DNA from: Tubulanus polymorphus
Lineage: Eukaryota > Animalia > Nemertea
Length of the DNA stretch: 64,000 bases
Assembly (NCBI RefSeq): GCF_964204645.1
Contig: NC_134029.1
Coordinates: 4,092,001 to 4,156,000, forward strand
Direction: 5' to 3'
The notes under the pieces were generated by a model. It saw only the letters and a program-made list of their open reading frames with translations. It did no database searches and was not told where the DNA came from. Position numbers and translations under genes: made by a program. Below, in pieces: positions 51,043 to 64,000 of the stretch. Each line of letters starts with the position of its first letter. The stretch's first letter is position 1.

Positions 51043-54000
51043 TTACAGTTTGCCCTTTGCACTGCGTGATTTCAATATTAATTCTCCATACGGTTTCACC
51101 GTTACTCTACCATTCTTATACACAGTATTTCCACGCACTATTGTCTGGTGCACCACTCCATTTAACCTTTTCCCCATATACGGAGTCACCTGAAAAATGA
51201 CGGCGATATTTGAATAACATTCAAGACCCAATTATCGAAGAACAAACGATATTAGGTCAAGCAATTTTTCGAAAAAAGTTATTTCGAAATCTAATCTCGC
51301 GAAACTTGGCTAAAATTTAAGACCTTATGAGTTTGGGTCACAAGTAAATCATGTTGCGTAAAAATTCATAGTCATCAGAAACGACGAAGTCTGATTTAAA
51401 ATACGGTATTAGGTGGGATCTGCTCTATTACATACTTCATAACACTTTCTCATGTACAGTTACTGTAAGTCATGCTAGAACTTTTGATCAAAAATGAGAA
51501 AAAAATCTCTTTAGTACCTTATTTTTATGCTGTATAATCTCTTCAGTGATTACGAATGATTCATTTGGGTCCCATATAACGAAATCGGCGTCGTAGCCGC
51601 GACTGATTTTGCCTTTTCTCGTATGAATACCGGCGAGCTTCGCCGTATTCTCGCACATCAATCGAACGATGTCGAACACAGTCATACTGCGCTGACGAGC
51701 AGACGTCCAGAACGACGAAAGGCCTAGAAAACAGAAACAAACAATTATAATTTAGTCGCAGTAAACATTTTCATAGTTCAGAAACATCATTTCCCAAAAG
51801 GGTTACAGTCTTAAATCGATCTGAATTTCTACAAATTCTATAGGATGTACAGTAGACTCTGGAGTCGATTGCCTCAGATTATCATATGCCCTGTCTGGCA
51901 AATTTTCTTATTACAGATGACTGACCCATACCTGCAATGACTGTGCGGGATTTATTGGTCCCGCACGATCAGAGGGAAGCGAATTCTACTGTATTTTGTC
52001 AGTTATACTCACCGAACTGTAAAGACGATATTCCACCCCAAGCTTTCATGAAATCACCCGTATCTAATTGTTTCAAGTCGGCTGTACACGGCGAATGATC
52101 CGAAACAACTAGATCAATAATACCCGATTTCAATGCTTCCCATAAAGTCTCCTAGAATAGCAATAAAACTCGATTTTTACAAATCCACAATACAATTTCT
52201 ATTACATTCAAGGATGGACCTAAGGTTATTTTTAGGGAGTCCAACATATATGTAGGTCACCTTTTCGCATGATTAGGGGCACCCTGACGAAGCGTACGCC
52301 TAAGGCTTGAATGGAAGGTCCGGGGGTCTCCCAAAGAAACTTTGGAGGCTATTTCTAGGCATTCTAACCAACATTTTGACCATTAATCATGAGCTCTTTG
52401 ATTTTCTTATTAACTGCAAAAAACATAAAAAGTATTACAGCCATAGACATTATTCACAGAGATTTATTGTACCTGGTTTTGTTTAGAGCGTATTGGAGGA
52501 CAACATTTATAGCTTGTATCTTTGTCGGGAATAGATTCAGCATCGAATGAGAGATAATGATGACAGGTTTCACAAGTGAGAGGCCCGCCTTGAGCGCGGG
52601 CCACCTGAATCAATGGCAGGCATTCCGCTGAAGATAGATGCACAATATGACACGGTACTCTACAATGAAATAAAACACAAAACTATAAACGTGTGCATTT
52701 AAAAAGAAAATAAATACAGCAAACTTCGCGTAATTCGGATGCATTGAGCAAAGTCGGAGTATAAGATCAAAAAGATAAGATAGAAGATCAGAAAGTCCTA
52801 TAGTACTATATTGTAAAGACGACATGGGTCAAGCTTCATAAGTTCAGTGACCTGTAGTGAACACATAATTTGCAGACAAGTTTCACGGCTTCTAATTCCA
52901 TAGAATCGGGACGGGACTCGACAAAAGTCTGGTACGCTTGAGGATTTTTGTCTTCTGTAAAAGAATAACCATATATACAAATAACTATTAACAAATTCCT
53001 CAGATGGTAGATAAATGATGTGTTGATATTACCTGCTGATGGAATATCATCTACGTCCATTTCTGCATGAAACTGTTAAAGAAAATTTATCTTATATAAA
53101 TGTGAGCGGATACAAAAATGGAGAAAATGATGATGCAAATACCGAACTTACCAGAAGTACACTGTCAGTACGTCTTAATTGAACCATCGCATTGTGCAGG
53201 TCATATTCAGATACCTTTGGAAATTCATCGATTCCGCTGTGTATCAGGAAACATTTAAAACCGCTAATACCGGCATTTATCATCGGACGCAATTCAGACT
53301 ACAATCATAAACAAACTAAGAAGTATAGTTACGATATTTATGTTTCATCAATATATGAGGGGTTGATCTAGGCAAATTGGAAGGCCGGGGTCCAGAAGAG
53401 AAGAAAATGTATTTCTCGGATAAAGCAGACATGTCAAAGGCCACTAGCGTGGTTAAAATATTTCTGAAGAAATTCATCCAATAAGACCCTCAAGACCACC
53501 CCCAAATCTGTCCCTGTATACCGGTATATGCATTGGTGCTACGATACATAATGCCGACACACAATTGAGATAATTGCTCATAGATTGGTGAGTAGAAGTC
53601 GACTATTTACAATACAGCACAGGTTTCAGTGTAAAAGCATACCTGGTTACCGGGTATCACTCCACCCCAAAAAGCCACATCTACAAATGCTTTATCAGCT
53701 GCCTCTTTTAGTTTGATCGAAAATGCCGACATCGAAGTTGTGACAGGAACACAATTCCTACAAACAAAACCCATAAAAACATTCCATTAGTCCTTATGAA
53801 AAAAAACAACTGTATGTTTAGCATTATTTGCTAAACAATCAAAGGCAAAGCTTAGCCTAATCACCGGGTTTGTGTTTCATAAATACATACAGCGGCATAT
53901 CAACAATAGTTGTTATTCCACCGGTGGCAGCAGCTTTAGTAGCAGTTTCATAGCCTTCCCATTCAGTTCGACCGGGTTCATTCACGTGCACGTGACTGTC

Positions 54001-54706
54001 CACTATACCAGGCATTATAACTAAATTACCACCATCTATCACCTTTACAATAGAAAAAAGCAATAAATGTTCATTAGATTACTTAGTCTAGTCCCTAGCC
54101 ATTGAAGAGGAACCCTGTACTGGTACATCGTCTGGTATTCAGACTACTCTCCTCTTTCTGGAAGTAGAGTTCAAGTAATCGAAAACCCGCATCTAAAAAC
54201 AGAGTATTGATGAGAACATTTTCATGATCATATTTCAGGACCCTTATCACGTGAAATACATGTGAGTCAAATAAATAAGACTACAGATTCATACCAAAAC
54301 ATATTTTCTAACTAATTTGTGTTTGCACTTGTGTTTGCACTTATTGTTTCTACTTATATATTTTCAGCCTATATTGAGACTATACAGTTTCTAATTTGAA
54401 GCATGCAATATATTTGATTACCAGATATCTAGACATTGCTAAATAATCAGAAGAAAAACTCTGACCCACAACATTTCATCCCATCATACTTAACATTGTA
54501 AACTGCTATGGTTTAGGCTAGAATCTAAGTTATGCAGCAGATAGAGATAAAACAGTACAACTTACCGGAACGCTGTCATCCATCTCGAAATTGTAATCAT
54601 AGATAATGTCAATTATTTTTCCATTTTTGACGATTATCGAGGCAGGGACAATTCCATCTCCGATGACGACCTTTCTACCCTTCACAAGCAGGCGTTCATC
54701 TTCCAT
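51043..54706 (-). CDS. Allantoinase
   Basis: [33 protein letters not shown]|[94 protein letters not shown]|VTPY. Ten exons. Confidence 0.95.
51850..51991. mobile_element. Tc1/mariner-type MITE remnant
   Basis: TA-CAGTAGACTC ... GAATTCTACTG-TA (TIR with TA flanks). Confidence 0.55.
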
Positions 54707-55758
54707 ATTTATTCACACGAACACTTAACGATGTCAATTCTCTGAAGATAAACTAAACAAACCACTGGATTTTGCAGATTTTGTCCATTATGAATTTAAT
54801 ATACACAGCGATGTTACAATACATCTTGTCACTGAATTTCATGACAAATTCACACTCACCAGATGTGCATTTATACATAGAGCAAAGCTTACTAAGTAAT
54901 CTACATACAGAATCACCATACATAAATGAATATCGAGGACAATCTGCTTAAATACATGGTTTTCATTATCTGCTCTCTTTTCTATAATTGTATAATTACA
55001 CGTAAACTATGTATTTGGGAAGAGGGAGCTTTTTATGAACTTACTGTTTCTTCGCAAGCGCTCAGACTTATCAGGTTTTTAGAAACTATCCGGTTCTTAT
55101 ATCTTGATTAGTAAATGTAAATAAGACCTCTGCACTAGGCCCACTTAGGAATGATAAGGCTTATCAGAGATTCATCGAAAGGTATCCTGCAAGCTCGTGG
55201 AAAACTAACCTACTTCTTTGAATACTCTCTATAAGCCCTCATGTCGTATAGATCGTTTGCCAAATCATCCTTAGCAATGTAAATGAACTAATGAATATTC
55301 ACAAGAAATACCAATATAAACTCTGATTATTGATTATCATCTATCTAGGATACTGAAATTTCGTTAGTAAGACTATATTATAACTCAACAGCACTTGAAC
55401 CCTGACTTCATGTGTTTGCTGGAAAAAAATTGACATTGTTCTTTGTTCTACACACATATATAAAGCCATAATAACCTACGTATCGCACACACAGAGTTTA
55501 CTGCACCATGATCACTATCCCTTTCCTAACGAATACATACACTAAAATAAGCAATTTTTTTCTAAAATCCGATTACGTATATTTCATTCGAAACAATCAC
55601 CCACACAGGACGACTACAATATGGTATTAATATATATGTGCACTGTGTCAAGTGCCGCAATACATGATGTTAATTTGAATGTCTATTCTAAACTGGCAGT
55701 CAAATGAAACGGTGCATTCTTTCATATCCGCAGCCTGTATCCTAGCATTCATTCGAAA

Positions 55759-58700
55759 TCATTGCGTTTCATTCACGTTTTTCGCTTTCTGTTCGTCTTG
55801 TAAATTTTGTAATGTTTCCAATTGTTCCATTTGCGTTTCGTAAACTTTCTGTTGTTCGTCAGCCATCGATTGAGCACGTTTTGTTTGGGCCTCGACAAAC
55901 GTGCCCATGGCTCGGTGGGTGAACAGGATGAATCGCTCGGCACAAGAACTTATACACTGTTCCTATGAAAACATAGCAATGGATGGTAATTATTTGTCGA
56001 CCATAAATCAATATATTCTCCATTCGGGACTTCAAGGTGTCACTTGAACTCAACCAGTATATGTAAGCTGTATAATTCCTTAAAATGAACTATTCAAAAA
56101 TTCATAATTCATTTTGTTACAAGTCATTTTTTAACAAAGATAATAACTTCTCCGAGCTCATCAATCTCCTCCTCAACCGGAATTATCCAAAATTTCAGAA
56201 ACTGAAATTCCAATCAATCTAATGCCCAATGTGGTAAATTCTAACTCTTTAAAAACGCCATTAAGTGGTTACAAAGACTTCTCCTTCATAACCTAGATCT
56301 AAAGCCCATCTTTTATAAAAATTCATATAAGTTTACTGCCAATTTCCACAATATTAAATTACAGATTCTAATACTAACCTCTTCTGTTGTGATTTCTCTT
56401 TTGTTAAAATTCGAGGCGCATGACATAAAACAGTGTTCAGTTAAGAAATTATACTGCGTCAAATAATCCCGAAACTGCAAAGAAATCGATGAATATCAGT
56501 TAAATTTGCCGCCCAACTTTTCAAAATCACATACTAAGTTAACTACGACTAAATTTCATCGCTATTCTAGAATCATTAAGATGTATAATGCAATAGAAGC
56601 GTTTGTTTGAGGCAGTTAGGATTAGTAAGACCTATTGCTAAGATCTATATGTTGCTACAAAACTTATCGATCACTTCATTGATTATCTCAAAATCCCATT
56701 GAAAAAACAATAACTCGTGTTTAGAAACACAGTGTAAGCTTTTTATTGGCAGAAAATCAACAAAAAAATGTGAAAGCTACACTCATTATCAAACAATACA
56801 CACGCACTAAGTCATTTATAATCTAAATCATTCAGTTAATTTTCGCAGGTATCAATCTTCAGCCTGAATCTACCCCACTTTACACATTCAACATTGTAGT
56901 TCGTCTTAATGGTAAGCCAATAAAATGTCTAGTGTATTTGGTTCATTTCCAATCAAAAATGTCTGAGGCGAGGTCACGAAGCCTTGACTTTCATAAATTG
57001 GAAGAATGGTAATAATCTATCGAATGTTTGATATGGTGCTGGCTCCAGAGCGCACATTAATACCTGCATTAAATGCATTATCATTTTAGGAATTGTTTAT
57101 ACAGATCTCTAACGGTATCGGTTGTTGTTACCGACACTTACTTCATATTCTTTACAAGGAATGTCAATCGATCTACCGCCAGTATTTACAATTTGTATAA
57201 TTCTTTGAAAATAGATATTCAAAAATTCATTATTTCCTTCAGTTGGAAGAAGTTATGTTTCTACAAACACTTCTCCAAGTATATTCTCTTTCCCTCCCAC
57301 ATCTCCGATCAGATTCGTTCATTATTTCTCACACATTGGAAGAAAAGTTTTTTAACGAGAGCAAGGCGACCGAAACTCATCCGTGTCTAATCGCTAAAAA
57401 TTCACTTCTTGTTCACACAAAACGGACACAGGAACAATTCGTAAGCAGATTTCGATGTCGCTAATTTCTTCGGGCAGCATTTTAAATGCACCCAACCGCG
57501 ACAATGAACGTTTGTACAACGAGCCCAGTAGAACCTCCTCGAACCGTCGTAACCTGGCGGAACGCAGTTATCACAAACGCTACAAATAAAACAGATTCCT
57601 CCTTCTCCGTCTTCATCCTCGTCGTCGCTACTATCGTCCGTTTCGTCGGCGGAATTCGCGTTCGTTTCCGCACGAGGCGCCGAATCGTCGGATATCATCA
57701 CGTTCACGGGAGAGACAGGTGGCGCCGGACGCACCAGACGTAATCGCTTCGACATCGGACTCTCTTCGACGATATCCGCGTAGCACTCGGCGGTCGAGGA
57801 CGAGTCCAAAACGCAGTCGACTTCGTCGTTTGCGATATCGATTTTACTCATCAATTTCTCCGGGTTGAACGGTAAGATACCGACCGCGTGTAAATCACGC
57901 GCAAATCCGTCTTTTATATCGGTAAGGCGATTTATGACGAAATCATCGAGGTTTCCTACATCAGCGTCGTCGGCGTATATCCGCGCCAACGGTCGAAAAC
58001 AGTTGGCGTAGTCGCAGTAGTCGCCGGCACGCGGAGGTTGTGGGAACAGTTTCACGTTCATCGCAGTCGCCGCTTCTACGATACGCTGATTGATGAACGA
58101 CGCGTAACCGTCATACAGCAGTAAAACCGTTGTTTCAGTCATCGCCGTTTTAAAAACGTTTTTAACGAAATACTCGCGAAGCCACCGGTCGAAGCCGATG
58201 CCGTCGATTCGAGCGCGGCTGGTTCGCCACCGATACGCCGGAATGACGACGTCCGACGAACGTACAGCGTTCGCCGCGTACAGAATCGCCGAATCCATGT
58301 TCGAACTGTCGGCGATCGATTCCACGTAGAATATCCGCTCGGGTTTTTTGTCGAAGTCGTTGATCGTAAGAACGACGTTCAGTTTATCGTAGTATTTTTG
58401 CAGCGCCGATTTCGTCGCGGTTTTTTTAGCCCGCGCTTCGTTCGTTTTTAACGTGGAAATTTCCGTCCATTTACGAGTGAAAGATTTATACCATTCAACG
58501 TCGGGAACGCAATTCAGAAACGGACATTTTCGATTCGGGTCCGCCGCGCAAAACGTATGCGCCAAATGACCGGCCATTTCCATGATTTCCGATTCCGTAT
58601 AACTGAATCCCATCTCGGTCATTTCTAATAGATATTTCACAAATCCCTGCTGTTCTTTTAACGTGAAGAACTCCGAAGCGTTCTGAGCTTCTTCCTGTAA

Positions 58701-60458
58701 CAGATGAAAATACGACTTAAAATAACCGGAAAGAACCTTAATGCATACCTTCGTCAGATCTTATGAAAGGGTCTGAAATCATGACCAAGGCTCAATTTCT
58801 CCATTGAATGATTAAGTGAAAATCATAAATATAAAATTTTCATTTCATAAAATCGATATTTTGCATCAATTAGATACCGGAACACCGGCTATACAATCAG
58901 ATGGCGCCATTAACAGATGACGTACTCAATCAAAGTTCATTGTCAATCAACTTTGATCTCACTTGGTCTTGCGATCCAAAAATTATGCACATTCAGAGGC
59001 TTTTACAAGGGAAGTAATTTACATAGCAGTTAACAGGATTTAGCTTTTTTTAGAACTTACCTTCAAATCATCTGACTGCATGGTTGATTTCTCAGTATGG
59101 CACTGATTCTCGATTGTATCCTAAAGTACAATTTGTTACGATGAAACACAAAATAAAAATCCCAGCAAAAACGAGGCCTGATCTGAGAATTCATTTTGCC
59201 GATGTTCCTTATAAGTTCATGTAAGATTTTGTAAGATTCTGAAGCTGAAATTGTGTTAGGTGCTAAGGCTAATAAATAAATATGGTGAATTTATTGGTAA
59301 GAGGTAGACATATTAAAATATACCGTGAATAAGTGAATTAATTGTACTTACACAAAAAATTTAATCCAGTCTTCTAAAAAACAGCTTACTAGGAAACTTG
59401 CTCTTTTTTTCTTATAAAATCACACAAAATTATTTTTTTGAAAATCGCACAAAAAAATCCAACTAGCCAACAATTTTTTTTCGCTGCTTCAAACCATGCA
59501 CGAAACCGGAGTAGGCAGGAAAATCCAACTGGAGTCTAACTCCTCTTACCAACAAATTGAGTTTAAATACAAATATTTGAGGGTCACATTCCTTTCTATT
59601 TTCAACACTCTTATTCAAACCTAATTCATAGGCAATTGAACGGGATTATGGTAACTGTTAAGTTAGTGATTGAAGAGTCTTCAATTCGCTGACATTATTG
59701 AATAAGAACTGAACGATTGCAACATTCGTACGTCCCCTCCCAAAAATTTCGGATTTCGACATCATTCATCAAAGGATCATTCAGGGAGATCAAGTACATC
59801 TGGCCCAAAATCAACATTTTTTACATAAAATTTTACTAATTACTGCCTAAAAACGTATACATTTGTAGCAGTAAATTCTAATTTCACTTGAATTGTCAGA
59901 TTAGCATTTTAGGGCATTGATTAGCACTGTGAAGAAGAATTCTCTTTAAACTTTATCCGTACGTCATGATTTAGGCTAAAAGATGGAAAATATTTGATGA
60001 TTAAGTATATGCAAACTGTCAATATCATCGGTGATCATGACATCTCAGTGTTAACAAACTGACCGAAATCTAGTAATGGCATTTAGGCTACCGCCCAGTT
60101 GTTGCGAAACAGCAAATTGAAAGTTCGACCCTAACAGTTAAAATCTTTTTATTTTTTGAGGCAAAAAGGTTATGATTCCGTGGATCTGATAAGCAATAAG
60201 GGTCAATGTAATGTGTATAAGTTTCGAGGGTTAAGTGATTGGAGATGAAAATACTGGATTTGTTCTAACCGAAATAAATGCAGTTTGACCTCAATAAATC
60301 TTAATTGATCTGGATTGACTTTCTTTGGTTTGGGCCTGCCTCCCAGATAAAAAGATGTTTTGAGTTTTATTTCTTCATTTCTCCCGATTTAGTTAGATAA
60401 AAACATGAAAAATATGTTAATTTCTTACATTTCTGAGACTAGCGTCTTGCATCTGCAT
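55759..60458 (-). CDS. TIMM10B: Mitochondrial small Tim chaperone Tim10B/Tim9b (109 aa); absent from the ORF track
   Basis: Exons 60429-60458 (MQMQDASLRN), 56379-56474 (FRDYLTQYNFLTEHCFMSCASNFNKREITTEE) and 55759-55962 (EQCISSCAERFILFTHRAMGTFVE..TQ*). Twin CX3C motif, LRN|xRDxL signature, all phase-0 GT-AG junctions. Confidence 0.88.
57402..59120 (-). CDS. Domesticated pogo/Tigger transposase-derived protein (CENP-B-type HTH, degenerate DDE_1, acidic tract, PHD finger), nested in TIMM10B intron 1
   Basis: Exons 59061-59120 and 57402-58694 are in frame. FTLKEQQGFVKYLLEMTEMGF..WYKSFTRKW (HTH); PERIFYVES (from IFNxDETG); VLLLYDGYASF; NVKLFPQPP; C-terminal CSVC..WARCTNVHCRGWVHLKC..CPFC (C4HC3). 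No TIRs seen. Confidence 0.85.
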
Positions 60459-61148
60459 GTTTTCAGCGTAGTACTGAGGATATTTGAGAAAATTTCGGAA
60501 TAATTTTCATCATCCTCGCCTCGAGAAGTTCTTGAGAATTCGCAGACCGCGGAAAGCAGGATTCGAACTTCTCAACATTCCAACCCGCATTCACGCGTGA
60601 CTATTCAGCGATTATTCACTGAACCGAAATAAGTTTTACATAAAATAGCAGCAAAATAAATCAATTTAGTAATTGTGAATTGAAACATTTTCTTGAATAT
60701 AATTAAGGATTTAATATTTTGTTTGATATTTGTTCGTTAGATGGCGTACGCGTTCATTGTGAATATGACGAGTTGCGTTAAGACATAGCCCCGTAACTCT
60801 GTTTATCGACCTGTCAAAATAACTCGAAAGTCAGAAAAAGTCTCCATAAACTAAAGAAACATTTTATTTTACAACATATGGTATGCCCGTCTGACTGATA
60901 GAAAGGTTGGTTGATTGTAATGTGGTCGAATATTTTCTCTCGTTGCATTTCAACTTGTTTTTAAAGCAAGATACAAAAGAATTGCTAAAACCTTTCGCAT
61001 AAATTCAATTAAATCGAGAATATATTGATCATTTTCATAGCTGTCATTGCTTCAAGTTATTCATATGCGCTCGCTGATACCTTTACAGGTGGCCAAATAA
61101 AAACTGGCCGAACTTAGAAGTTTGAAGTAGGAAAATCTGAAGTGCGAG

Positions 61149-63901
<2,753 letters not shown>

Positions 63902-64000
63902 TAAGTTTTTCCTGCACCATGTCTCGTATGCACCATATCATATGCACAAGCTGTGTTAAAATTCGATGAATTTTGTATTAATCTGGCATAATTTATGCTC

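Overview
Eukaryotic, AT-rich, intron-dense animal genomic DNA. It looks like a marine invertebrate, possibly a lophotrochozoan, but that is inferred from gene content and repeat style only. All gene models were assembled by eye from GT-AG junctions. In order: SNX1/2 (minus, runs off the left edge); a single-coding-exon class A peptide GPCR; a ~15 kb secreted, strongly basic mucin/zonadhesin/FCGBP-like gene (9 ShK domains, 3 VWD-C8-TIL units, EGFs, a PTS repeat, F5/8C and two unassigned Cys-rich C-terminal repeats) that hosts two identical intronic tRNA-Gly(TCC) genes; an alpha-arrestin (ARRDC); a CNBD2-like gene; HPF1 with an N-terminal PBZ finger; allantoinase; TIMM10B; a pogo/Tigger-derived HTH-dead-DDE-PHD gene nested in TIMM10B intron 1 that appears to share TIMM10B exon 1; and KATNAL2 (runs off the right edge). 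Introns and intergenic DNA contain MITEs, a HINE-like element and Penelope remnants with minimal hammerhead ribozyme motifs. The top finding is the TIMM10B / domesticated-transposase shared-first-exon (exon-trap-like) locus.
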